A DNA stretch of 64,000 bases from Octopus sinensis (GCF_006345805.1 NC_043000.1:27528001-27592000), one strand, 5' to 3'. Positions 25,935-38,098 are shown, counted from the stretch's first letter. Translations and numbers: made by a program. The notes: generated from the letters alone by a model not told the origin.

Positions 25935-26120
25935 AAAAATTTTTTCCTCTGTCTTCCCTTCTCTGGATCTTTCCTTCTCCTTTGTTTCCGACGAAGAGCT
26001 CCGCTCGAAACGTTAAACCCTCCTTCCCTTCTTTCCTGAGCGTCAAATAATACTTTAATTGTTCCACGCCCTCGCGTTGCTGTGTTTTTTTTCTGTGTTT
26101 TCTTGTTTGGATTAACTATA
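25935..26120 (+). repeat. Penelope-type terminal repeat
   Basis: Homologous to 54390-54566 and 52668-52860 (reverse). Confidence 0.75.
25984..26018 (+). ncRNA. Minimal type-I hammerhead-like motif, U4C variant core, palindromic stem III
   Basis: GTTT-CCGACGA-A-GAGC-tcc-GCTC-GAAA-C-GTT-AAAC, giving stem I GTTT/AAAC, stem II GAGC/GCTC and a loopless ACGT stem III. Activity unknown. Confidence 0.55.
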
Positions 26121-26463
26121 TATATATATATATGAGAGATAATGGTGTAATGGTGTCAATAAGACCCACATGTGTCAGGTGATGCTGAGTAAGCGCTATG
26201 GACAGATTATATTTAAGCTCCAGGTTCGGTGATTATGTGAATGAGGAGTCCAACATAGGTCAGATATTAGCATGTATATTCTCTTTTACTCTTTTACTCA
26301 TTTACTTGTTTCTGTCATTTCACTGCGGCCATGCTGGGGCACCGCCTTTTGTCGAGCTAATCGACCCAAACGTTCTTTTGATGGACTGTATGCATATGAT
26401 TGATTGATTCTAGTTTCAGCTCACGAGCTGTGGCCATGCTGGGGCACCGCCATTTTTTAAAAA

Positions 26464-26582
26464 TGCTTACAGCACCTAGGGTTCCCAAGCGGTCACCCAT
26501 CTAAGTACTAACTAGGCTCGATGTTGCTTAACTTCGGTGATCGGACGAGAACCGGTGTTTTCAACGTGATATGGCCGTAAGC
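26464..26582 (-). rRNA. 5S rRNA: Solitary full-length 5S rRNA gene or recent pseudogene (119 nt)
   Basis: GCTTACGGCCATATCACGTTGAAAACACCGGTTCTCGTCCGATCACCGAAGTTAAGCAACATCGAGCCTAGTTAGTACTTAGATGGGTGACCGCTTGGGAACCCTAGGTGCTGTAAGCA followed by TTTTT. The terminal helix pairs and box A/box C are recognisable. Confidence 0.95.
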
Positions 26583-27119
26583 ATATATACATGTATATAT
26601 AATATATATGTAGGTATGTACATAGACGTATGTATATATGCATTTATTTATATATTATTTGTATTATTATATGATCGAACGCCACGCATCCTTTGCGAGT
26701 AGTTTCATAAGAATAATTACGATGTGCACTCTTCTATCTCTACTATCTCTTCTCTGTCTATCCCTCTCCCTCTCTTGTTCTTTATCATTTCTGTTTTTCC
26801 TCCTTCCCTATTCCTCTCCTCTCCTCTTCACCGTTCCCTCTCTCTCACTCTTCCTCCTTACTCTCTCATCGCTGACACGTGACGAAAGTGAATCTGTCTT
26901 TCTGTCCATTTCCTTCCTAAAGACAAGAGGTGCTTATACCTGTCTCTTCTCATAAGCTCGTTCTCCTAGCGTTCATAATATTTTTTCTATCGTCTTGGCT
27001 TAAAAGCCCTCACTGTTTGTTTTTACTGTCTTGTTCTCACTGTGCTGTTCTTGTTACCGCTTTCACCCTTTGCAGGAACGACTGTTTCAACGAAGTTGCG
27101 TATTGTCCTTGTGTTCCAG

Positions 27120-27300
27120 CCGCGGAGTAGATGAAACAGGGACAACTGATGAATGGGAATATGCTTTACGTTGCATGTATAGTTTCTCTGTTTGTTCTTT
27201 CGTTGTTTGAAAAAAATTCGTTTTCTATGTTTTCGGTTTTGTTTTCGTTTCTCATTGTGTTCAACGTTTGTTTGATGTCCTGTACACATATATGCATGTA
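27120..27300 (+). repeat. Dispersed repeat, homolog of 17590-17800
   Basis: Alignment by eye. The track ORFs MKQGQLMNGNMLYVACIVSLFV and [22 protein letters not shown] are visibly homologous. Confidence 0.65.
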
Positions 27301-27379
27301 TATATACATATAGATGCAGGTATGTACATATTGTATGTATATATCATATATTATATATTATATATATATATATATATAT

Positions 27380-27428
<49 letters not shown>

Positions 27429-27566
27429 ATATGTGTGTGTGTGTATGTGTGTGTTAAAGGAAAATGGACAGCATTCGCTGACTTGGAAGCTTACGCAGCG
27501 TACCTATTGGTTTAGCTCACTAGTGAACTAGTCCCCTGATATTATGTGTGTATATGTATATATGTA

Positions 27567-27642
<76 letters not shown>

Positions 27643-27879
27643 GAAATATGTTTCGAAAGAAAATATAAAATACGCGTGGAAATGTAAGGGTAAAATATGA
27701 AAAATCAACGAAAATGCATATTGCAAATAGAAAGAGGCTAGTTATGACAGGTAGTGACAAATATATACACATTTAGATTGACTGAGGTAGTAATACGAGT
27801 CATAAATGTCATTATTATGAGAATATTATGAGATGATAATAAAGTAAGGGAACAAAACGAATCAGTGGTTTACGCGAAG

Positions 27880-28838
27880 GCTATTCATCGTTGGAACAAT
27901 ACCGGTTAATATACGGTATCAGGTCTAATAGTTCCAGAGAAAAAAGATTATTTGTAAAGGAGGTAAGTAGTTCTGGATTATTTGCAAGGGAGGTAAGTAG
28001 TTCTGGAATTAGAGATGTGAGTGATGTAGGTAGTGTATCGGGTTTAGTGGTTTCAATTGAAGAGTTAGTGGTGTTCTGTATTGAGTTGTGTGTTCATATT
28101 TAGTTGGGAGAAATTTGTTGATGAAAAATGTCTCTTTATTCAGCCTTTGTTGCATTGTGGTGTTCTGTGAGCATTGGTAAAAGGGAAATATTTGGAAATT
28201 GGGATTAAGATTCCTGACATATCTTTCTATGTGTTCACTCACCTTTAACTGTCTGTATTGTGGGTGACGGATTTGCTCTTTGTGAATAGTGATTCTTTGA
28301 CGGAGCGAAATTCCTGTTTGTCCAATATAGAGTTTACCACATCCTATGCACGTCATGACAGATTACATTTGCTGAGGCGCAGGTGAAATTTGATTTGATC
28401 TTAAATATTCCCCTGGTTTGAATTGGAATTCTGAACCCTCCAGAAGGTGGGGGCATGTTCCACAGTTAGAACGTCCACATTTTGTCACTTTTGGCACAGT
28501 AGTTAGTGGGTATAGTCTAGCGCTGGTTAATATTCTTTTCAGTGACTTTGGTTGCTTTTTGCTTTTTATAATTTTATATGAGCTTAAAATTTCGTTCATT
28601 GTTTTGGCTGCAGTGAGGATGGGAATGTTTTGGGTGATGATGTTGAAGGCTTTGCTGTTTCTGGGGTTATGTGTAGAGATGTACGGGAGTATTTTTAAGT
28701 CTTGTTTAGTATTTCGGCTAGTTTTCCTTAATCTTTGTATATCTATTCCCTTAGCTCTTTTGATGCCTTCATTTACTAATGAGATTGGGTAGTGTCTTCT
28801 AGTTAGCGTAGATCTAAGTTCAAGGAGTCTATGTTCAC
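27880..28838 (-). mobile_element. 5'-truncated Penelope-like element: RT thumb/linker + GIY-YIG endonuclease, one frameshift
   Basis: RRHYPISLVNEGIKRA, LPYISTHNPRN, KQPKSLKRILTSA, KCGRSNCGTC, then TCIGCGKLYIGQTGISLRQRITIHKEQI...RLNKETFFI (GIY-YIG with the Penelope Cys motif). Confidence 0.92.
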
Positions 28839-28840
28839 GA

Positions 28841-28888
<48 letters not shown>

Positions 28889-28904
28889 TATATATATATA
28901 ATAT

Positions 28905-29539
28905 ATAACTTATAAAACAAGGGCAAAAGAAAAAATTCTAATTGCAAATATACCGAAAATAGACAAATTGTCAATAACCATGATAATTTATCACTATTAA
29001 CATGCGTCTCGAAACAAGACGACAGTAATTTCTAAAAAAGTCCGTTGTTACCGTAGTAGTCCCAATTTCAGAGTTAATTCATAAGCATTTTCTCCTCGTC
29101 AGCGATAAAAACGTAAGACATAAATGAAATACTTACTCATACCCATGGAAAAAGCAAGCAGTAAGTCATGCGCAGACCTAAGTACCCCAAATATATCCAA
29201 AATAGAAAATCTTCAGCATATCTCGAGGCACGTGAAATTCGAACTAGAAACTTTCACAGAGTGAGAGAGTACGGATGTGAAAACTATTAAATTTACATCT
29301 AATGTAGGATAAAAGTTTTCGAAAAAATTTTTATCAATGGCCAGCATATTAAAATTTATAAATAACTTATAAAATAAGGGCAAAGAAAAAATTCAAATGC
29401 CAAATTTGTCGAAAATAGACAAATTGTCAATAACCATTATAATTTATCACTATTAACATGCGTCTCGAAACAAGCCGACAGAAATTTCTAAAAATTTCCG
29501 TGATTTCCGTATTGGTCCCAATTTCAGAGTTAATTCATA
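28905..29539. repeat. Two ~180-bp diverged direct repeats (28905-29083, 29362-29539)
   Basis: Both contain gaaaatagacaaattgtcaataacca..ataatttatcactattaacatgcgtctcgaaacaag and end cccaatttcagagttaattcata. Confidence 0.9.
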
Positions 29540-29704
29540 TATATATGTATATTCGAATGACCCATCCGTTTTTTGTATCGTCTATTTGAATGTTGTGCGT
29601 TCTTGTCCCATTTTGTATTTTTATATATACTTTATATATATATATATATATAATATATATATATATAATATATATATAATATATAATATATATATATAAA
29701 TATG

Positions 29705-29749
<45 letters not shown>

Positions 29750-29765
29750 CTATATATATATATAT

Positions 29766-29803
<38 letters not shown>

Positions 29804-29861
29804 CATATATGTATACACCACATACAAATACATCCATCCATACATACATATATACGGTGCG

Positions 29862-29950
29862 GCAAAAGAGACCTATAAAGTAGGGTCGATTTTGCTCGAC
29901 TAAAGGCGGTGCTCCAGCATCGCCGCAGTCAAATGACTGAAAACAGTAAT
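29862..29950 (+). mobile_element. Nin/Deu-like SINE 3' fragment
   Basis: gggtcgattttgctcgactaaaggcggtgctccagcatcgccgcagtcaaatgactgaaac. Confidence 0.75.
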
Positions 29951-29992
29951 GAATAAAAGAAGAAAAAAATGAAGAAAAGCCATTGTTCTGCA

Positions 29993-30039
<47 letters not shown>

Positions 30040-30590
30040 GTGTGACTGAGTGAGTAAGTGAGGCACAAGGAAAAGAGTGAGGTTGTCCTCTAGGTATCTG
30101 CTGATTTCATCATATGTACATAATACTATGTGCATATATTTTCTTATATGCTTCTCTGTTTGTTTGTGCATATATGCGCATGTGTATGTACTTGCGTTAC
30201 TATGAGCACGTACGCAGGCATGCATTTTTCTCCTCAATTTCATGGAAATTTAAGTATTTGTATGTACGTATATATATGCACACATATATGTTTGCCTTAC
30301 ATATATATATATATATATTGATATATGTGAGTATGCATGGACGTATGTATATGTATATATAAATATCTATATGTAGGTATGCATTTACGCGTGTATATAT
30401 GTATACATGTATCATATATGTATATATATATATATATATATATTATATAGATATATATAATATAAATATATATATACATATAATATATATATATATATAC
30501 ATGTATACATACACACACAAATACACACGCATACGCCACATACGATAACACACACACCACACACAAACCACACACATACACACAAATATA

Positions 30591-30637
<47 letters not shown>

Positions 30638-31434
30638 TTCACTTCTACTTCACATTATACATTCGTGACTTTCCAATGTCTATAGCTTTCACGTGACATT
30701 AACGTCAGTTTCAAGAACATTTTAAGTATTGCTACACATACCGTTAGAAACAACTTTCACCATATATTTAACACATACCTTAACACGAAACTGTTTGCCT
30801 TTCAGTAACGCTCAGTGAATTTTCAGTCTATAACAGATAATATAGTTATTTATTCATACTCACATAAGTCTCTCTCTCTATATATATATGTGTGTGCACA
30901 AGTGCGTCTGAGTTGCATATATATCCGTGTATATATATGGAAATGAATGCAGTCATACGGACAGATAGAAGGTGTACAACATATCCTTGGAAGAGAAATT
31001 CTTTTCAATACCTTCCTTGTTTCTTTACACTTCTGCGTTTAAGCATCTTTGAAATAAATATTTGCTTTACATCCTTCCAGGCTTAATAAATATATACGAG
31101 GCAAATGCTTATTCCCTCAACTCATATAAAACGATATATGCCTCCAAACATAATGCAGTTGGCTTTCTGTAGCAGTGTATACGTACAAATGCATGCGTTT
31201 CTTCTAAATCTATTGGCAACATAGCCCCGATATCATACGAAATTGTAGTGAATCAGAAGCAGGAAGTTTGAAAGAGAAATGAAGAGGAAAATTGAATAAA
31301 TGAAGTGGGAGTAAAACGAAAACGTAGAAAGTGGGAATTATAACGATATCATTATAGGTTTTAACTTACATATTTGAGTTTTAATGCTTGTTTTTACGCT
31401 TGCATAAATGCATAGGCAAGGGCATATTTCTTCA

Positions 31435-31491
<57 letters not shown>

Positions 31492-31659
31492 GCAATATAC
31501 ATACATCATTTATTCATATATGCATATGGGTGTGTGTGTAGGTGTAGGCGTATATATTAATAGTTACACAATACATATTTGCAATTAATATAAGTATAAA
31601 TGTTTAATTTCGTACAGCTCTGAGTAAACATTTTGTACACATACACGTATTACACGTAC

Positions 31660-32400
31660 GTAAGTGTGTGTCTGTGCATGTATGTATCTAAAATATGCAT
31701 GAGTGTGCATGCATGCGTGTGTATGTATGTATCTATAATATGCATGGGTGTGGGGCATGTGTGTGTATGTATTTATAATATGTATAAATGTGCATACATG
31801 TGTGTATGTATGTATCTATAATATGCATGAGTGTGCGTGCATGTGTGTGCATGTATCTATAATATACATGAGTGTGTGTGCATGTGTGTGTATGTATGCA
31901 TGTATAATATCATGAGTGCATGCATGTGTGTGTATGTATGTATAATATGCATGAGTGTGCGTGCATGTGTGTGTATGCATGTATCTATAATATGTATAAG
32001 TGTGCATGCATGTGTGTGTATGTATGTATCTATAATATGCATGAGTGTACGTGCATGTATGTGCATGTATATATAATATACATGAGTGTGTGTGCATGTG
32101 TGTGTATGTATGCATGTATAATATCATGAGTGCATGCATGTGTGTGTATGTATGTATAATATGCATGAGTGTGCGTGCATGTGTGTGTATGCATGTATCT
32201 ATAATATGTATAAGTGTGCATGCATGTGTGTGTATGTATGTATCTATAATATGTATGAGTGTGCGTGCATATGTGTGTATGTATGTATAATATACATGAG
32301 TGTGCGTGCATGTGTATGTATATATCAAAGATATGCATGAGTGTGCGTGCATGTGTGCGTGTATGCATGCGTTTGTATGTGCGAGTGTGTGTGTATGTGC
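31660..32400. repeat. Microsatellite-derived minisatellite (~36-40 bp monomers) with a 214-bp higher-order repeat
   Basis: Monomer ~tgcatgtgtgtgtatgtatgtatctataatatgcatgagtgtgcg. Identical translated ORFs recur at offset 214 (31920/32134, 31831/32045). Confidence 0.85.
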
Positions 32401-33173
32401 GAGTGTGTGTGTTTGTGTATGTGTATGTATTCATGCGTTTGTGGCTTCTGTGTTACATTGTTCATATGCCTATACTACCTTGATATACTGTAAGGATACC
32501 GCAAACATGCTGTCATCCGTAATGGCTATGACCTTTATACAAACCATCTTGTGAGATCGATCGACTGACAGCGACATTTTAAAAGTGATATGAGATAATA
32601 TTGTCCGAAAGGCAGATCTCATTGTGTAACACCGTGTGACATTTTTCTGTCGACCAAAGGATTGTGAATTCCTCTTTAGCGATTTCCCAATTGTGTCGGA
32701 GAATCACAAGACAACATAACCGTCTTAATTTTCTTAACAATCAGTCAGATTAATGACCTCAACCATTATGAATAACCATATAAACAGTAATATTTTGCCA
32801 TTCCACTTATTTTCTTTGTTTCACTCATTGGACCGTTGCCATGCTGGAGCAGCGTCTTGAAGTGTATAGTCGGTCAAATAGGCATTAGTACTTATCTTTA
32901 TTTTCAAATTTGGTACTTGTTCTATCGAAACGCTAAATTACTGGGGCATAAGAAAATCGACACCGCTTGTCAAGAGGTGGAGAAAAACACAAACAAACAC
33001 ACACACATACAAAACACACACGCACATACAAATATATATATGTGTGTGTGTGTGTATGTATGTATATATACACACACAGATGAAGACGTAAGTGCAGAAA
33101 GGTGGTAAAAGTTGTACTAGATTACCAAATAATTTGATTAAAGCTAAGAAATTATCACAAGATTGTTACTCAC

Positions 33174-33242
33174 TCCTGTACGTCAGACATTTTTGATGAA
33201 AACGTTTCATCAGAACTGTCCGACGAACGGCAACGTGAATTT
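33174..33242 (-). CDS. Candidate 69-nt exon, phase 1-1 (EIHVAVRRTVLMKRFHQKCLTYR)
   Basis: aactctcacttag|AAATTCAC...GTACAGGA|gtgagt. Open in the required phase. It also contains aaaATGTCT as an alternative start. Confidence 0.4.
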
Positions 33243-33290
33243 CTAAGTGAGAGTTTTGTGATAATTTCACAGCTATAATAAAAGTATATT

Positions 33291-33537
33291 ACTCTTTCAC
33301 TCTTTTACTTGTTTCAGTCATTTGACTGTGGCCATGCTGGAGCACCGTCTTTTAATCGACAACTCGACCCCGGGACTTTATTCTTTTGTAAGCCCAGTAC
33401 TTATTCTATCGGTCTCTTTTGCCGAACCGCTAAGTAACGGGGACATAAACACACCACCCGGCTGTCAAGCAATGCTAGGGGTACACACACAGACACACAA
33501 ACATACACATACACAGACACACAAACATACACACACA

Positions 33538-33604
<67 letters not shown>

Positions 33605-33770
33605 TACGACGGGCTTCTTTCAGTTTCCGTCTACCAAATCCACTCACAAGGCTTTGGTCGGCCCGAGGCTATAGTAGAAGACACTTGCCCAGGGTGCCAC
33701 GCAGTGGGACTGAACCTGGAACCATGAGGTTGGTAGACAAGCTACTTACCACACAGCCACTCCTGCGCCT
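33291..33770 (-). mobile_element. Full-length tRNA-derived SINE with Nin/Deu-like central domain and internal microsatellite
   Basis: Head gcaggagtggctgtgtggtaagtagcttg...ggttcagtccc, central gggcaagtgtcttctactatagcctcgggccgaccaaagccttgtgagtggatttggtagacggaaactg, then (TA)/(TG), then a 3' tail ending gaaacaagtaaaagag. Confidence 0.9.
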
Positions 33771-34129
33771 GTACATAACTTTTAACCAGTCACCATGCTT
33801 GATCTCTAAATCCAAAAGTTTTTCTTTAATTCTCTCCCAGTTTATTTTCTCTTATTCCATTCTGTTGAAGAGCGCAGGCTAGAAACATAAAAGACGTTTC
33901 ATTTACCCCTGCGTCAATCTAATATATCTGCTTGTTCTTCATGCATCTGTCTTCCTCTTTTGTTTTTCTGTAAATTTCAACAAATATAAACAAACAAGTG
34001 TTGAATATGTTTGGAATTTTACAGACAAGAAAGCAAATTTCGAACACAGTATAGCCATGATAACAGAAAAAAAGAAAAAAAACAGAAAAATGAATAATTG
34101 GGCATTTACCCTTATAAGGGAAAAGTTAC

Positions 34130-34156
34130 CAGCTGTCTGCTGGCATTTTTTTCCAT
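34130..34156 (-). CDS. Candidate 27-nt micro-exon, phase 1-1 (DGKKCQQTA)
   Basis: tttaaacttttcag|ATGGAAAAAAATGCCAGCAGACAGCTG|gtaact. Confidence 0.4.
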
Positions 34157-34869
34157 CTGAAAAGTTTAAACACCCAATCTTTTCACAGCGACTGTCCGAC
34201 GAATATATATATAGCAAGGGAGAGAGTGGGAGATAGATAGATAGATTGATAGATAGATAGGGAGAGAGAGAGAGAGATACATACGACGGGGTTCGAGACA
34301 GCTTCATATATTAAATTCACCTGCTGCATGGAATTAAAGTGCAATGGGACGGAACGGAAAACCCCGTGTCTGCACGAGGTTTTGTGTTTGTTCTTAAGCA
34401 GTAAGTCACGTATTGTTTCGAAGCCGTGCGTAAAAAACAAAATGTCGGTACTTTCATGAGTGTTTATGGTCTTTCCTTAATCGCATATCTCTGCCTACCG
34501 ATGCGGTTTATAATAAATCACTTTTGAAAGCATTCAGTGTCTAGAAAAATTTCTATATTGGCATTGATGTGATAAAACGATTAACTACCACATTTGCAGA
34601 GCTGTAAGCATATTTGTAAAACAACGGAGATTACCTTGAGATATTTCACATGCGTACGAAAAGGTAAACAGAGCTTCTTAAACTTGCTCAACATTTGAAA
34701 GTGAGGGAGTTAAAATCCTTAAGAGTGCACCTTGAATTAACCATACAATTTCTAATACTCACTCTCGTTGCACTTTCAAGGCACATACACGTACACTTCT
34801 CACTCCCTTCTCTCTCTCTCTCTCTCTCTCTCCCTCTCTCTCTCTCTCTATCCCATACTCTCTTCCTTC

Positions 34870-35625
34870 AGGTGAAGTCTAATGGCATACAGCAACATCA
34901 GAGACTTGGGAGTAATTGTTGACAACAACATAAGCTGGGCTGCTCATATAAACATCAAAGTTGACATGCCCAGCAGAATGTGCTCCAGGAATCTTAGAAC
35001 TTTCCTTTCGAGAGATATCCACACCATTATCATTCTCTTCTCTACGTTTGCTTGACCCCACCTTAAATACTGTTTTCCACTTTGGTCTCCCCAAACTTGA
35101 CAAAGTATCATGAAAACTGAAGCACCTCAAAGACCAATTACAAAAAACATAGATTAATTGACAGGCTTTGACTATTGAGGTCGACTAGAGAAGATCAAAC
35201 TTCATCTTCTTCCACGCCGCCGTGGGCGGTACATCATTTGCATGATGCGGAAAATGTTTCATCAGCATTGCCCAAATGATGTTGGCATCGTCTTTAACAC
35301 ACCGAAAATTTGGACCCCGTGCTATCCGCTCACAACATAACTCATACTCGCATCACATAACAACAATACGGCACGATTATTTCATCTCAATTGGCCCAGC
35401 TCTCTTTAACATTACACCAGAGCACTTTAATGCAGAAACAGACACCATAAAGTTCAAGAAGTCGTTGGAGAATTTCATTTAAAAAATTCCGGATAAGTCT
35501 CCGTAAACAATAACTCTCTCCTCGAGTGGGCCATGTTGTCTGATTCCTGATTTGTATGGCTTTGCCAGGTGGTGCTATTACGTTCAATTTTGCCAGATGT
35601 TGCGCCAATATTGGCCGAAACCTAT
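34870..35625 (+). mobile_element. CR1/L2-clade LINE 3' fragment (degenerate RT C-terminal region)
   Basis: RDLGVIVDNNISWAAHI, PHLKYCFPLWSP, EAPQR, RRRGRYII, IGPALFN, FKKSLENF..IPD. Confidence 0.8.
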
Positions 35626-35681
35626 CAAGAAGGTATCGAAGTATTATGTACATACATCTACATATATATATTATATATATA

Positions 35682-35724
<43 letters not shown>

Positions 35725-35737
35725 TATATATATATAG

Positions 35738-35802
<65 letters not shown>

Positions 35803-36001
35803 GTGGAGGCACATGGCCTAGCGGTTAGGGTGTCAGTATCATGATCGTAAGATTGTGGTTTCGATTGCTTGAGCAAAACACGTCATTTCACATTGCTCCA
35901 TTCCACTCACCTGGCGAAAATGAGTAACGCTGCGATGGACTAGCGTCCCATCCAGGTGGGTAGCACATGAGCCTGGCGAAGGTTTAAAAGGGGGCATTTG
36001 T

Positions 36002-36260
36002 GGAGGCACAATGGCACAGCGGTTAGAGCAGCTGACTCGCAGTCGGAGGATCGCGGTTGCGATTCCCAGACCGGGTGTTGTGTGTGTTTATTGAGCCTAA
36101 ATGCTCCACGAGGCTTCGGCAGGGGTGGTGGTGACCCCTGTTCTACTCTTTCGCCACAACTTTCTCTCACTCTCTCTTCCTGTTTCTTGAGTAACACTGC
36201 GATGGACTGGCGTGTCGTCCAGCTGAGGGGAACACATACGCCACAGAAACCGGGACGCCA
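36002..36260 (+). mobile_element. tRNA-derived SINE (third family), with a related copy at ~35802-35960
   Basis: ggaggcacaatggcacagcggttagagcagctgactcgcagtcgg... homologous to 19395, 38150 and 61670. Confidence 0.85.
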
Positions 36261-36813
36261 GTTACTATTATTGCCAGTCTATCAACCTTTTCAACACGTG
36301 TGAGTGTTAGGCGGCAACTTTCCATCACAGTGCAACACTAAATCTTGACAGTCTTTAAAGTTAAATTTGTGCATAATTTCCGTGTCTCACTTCTCTAAAT
36401 TTGTTTTGTAAGGCGTTGGAAGGAAGTGCGATTTATTACCAGGTTTTCAGTATCACCAAACTCTAGTATAATTTTTCTGTAAACCGTTCCATTCATCATA
36501 AAATTTGAGTAGCTTATGAACACAGTAGTCTGTTTTTCTATTAGGAATAATTGCTTTTTGCCAAAAAATGGAAACCTCTTGAATCATTAAAGCTGAACTT
36601 TCCTTCATTTGTAAAATTTACAACTCTTATATTGTAAGGGAAAAAACGCTTAAAATTTGCCGATTCGAGGGTACTTTGGCTCCCATGATTTGATTGGAAA
36701 TGAAGACAAGTGTCACAAGAAAATTTTTTCTTAACTTGTGTGATGAACTACCTGAAGAAGATAATACCATTTCACAGGTCTAGCAAGAACACATCACAGA
36801 AGCCACTTCGTAC

Positions 36814-36827
36814 CTGCACAAACAGTT
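36814..36827 (-). CDS. Candidate 14-nt micro-exon, phase 2-1 (TTVCA)
   Basis: ctaattctccttttttctttcag|AACTGTTTGTGCAG|gtacga. Very strong acceptor with an upstream ctaat. Confidence 0.45.
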
Positions 36828-37058
36828 CTGAAAGAAAAAAGGAGAATTAGTCATCAGAGAGCCCAGGAGTGTCAACATGTAGATTCTTGGATTAAAACAC
36901 TGCAACATTTGCAAGTTTTCGTATTACGTCTCAAAACACAAAGAATAAAAGTTAAAGATTCGACGGAGTAAGTTATAAATACTTTCACTTTTATATTGTT
37001 ACGTTATTAATAGTTTCACTTTTACTAGTTTCACTATGTATAAATATACATGTATGTT

Positions 37059-37089
<31 letters not shown>

Positions 37090-37107
37090 CACACACACAC
37101 ACACCAC

Positions 37108-37142
<35 letters not shown>

Positions 37143-37160
37143 ATACATAATACATACACG

Positions 37161-37193
<33 letters not shown>

Positions 37194-37311
37194 GCAATTA
37201 AGGACAACTACTTAATAAGGAAAACTTAACAAGAAATTTGTCAGGTAGATAGCGTGAAAACCTCATAAGAGAAAAAATTTCGAAAATAATTATTTCTTAT
37301 TGAACATATTA

Positions 37312-37850
37312 ATTTATATATAGAGGGCATTATACATACATGCCAGAGGGCATTATACATACATGCCACACGCTAAGAGGGACAATTAGTCATTTCTACC
37401 AAAATATTACTATCAATCCACCGAATGCAATTTTTCAAAGTAAGACATTTAAAAAATATAGACCTGTATCACAGTGATTTCATACTTACGTATTCATCAG
37501 CAGGCCTGAATGTATCATAAATAAACGACCCTGTCCCGCTTAAGCCGATCAGCTAACTGATCAACATCAACGAAGCACATGGGTGAGTTTACATATATTA
37601 CATCCTGTAAATGGCATACTTTTACGAATTGCATTTCGGGAAAGGAAAAGTTTTTTCGGAATAAAAATTTAGCAATTAAGGACAACTACTTAATAAGGAA
37701 AAAATATTTTTTAAATGTCTTACTTTGAAAAATTGCATTCGGTGGGATTAGTAATATTTTTGGTAGAAATGACTAATTGTCCCTCTTAGCGTGTGGCATG
37801 TATGTATAATGCCCTCTGGCATGTATGTATAATGCCCTCTATATATAAAT
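37312..37850. repeat. Near-perfect ~146-bp inverted repeat (37312-37458 / 37705-37850)
   Basis: The arms match including an internal tandem of agagggcattatacatacatgcc. A 31-bp direct repeat sits at 37195 and 37672. Confidence 0.95.
37490..37505 (-). CDS. Candidate 16-nt micro-exon, phase 1-2 (GLLMN)
   Basis: tttatttatgatacattcag|GCCTGCTGATGAATAC|gtaagt. Confidence 0.4.
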
Positions 37851-38007
37851 AAATATATATATATATATATGGATGTATACATATGTATATATTTATGTAT
37901 ACATTTATATGTATATATATATGTATTTCTTTATATATATATGTATTTCTCAAGCCTAGCCAGGCTTATGGGCCCGGGTTCCCCTGGTTTCTGTGGCGTA
38001 TGTGTTG

Positions 38008-38046
<39 letters not shown>

Positions 38047-38098
38047 TATTATATATATATATATATTATATAAAATACATACATACATATATACCTAC

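Noticed and set aside
27075-27220. Strong plus-strand acceptor followed by an open frame (ERLFQRSCVL...)
   Set aside because: It runs into a dispersed repeat also present at 17590-17800.
30780-30828. 49-nt minus-strand exon candidate with good splice sites
   Set aside because: Stops in all three frames. It could only be a UTR or poison exon and cannot be supported.
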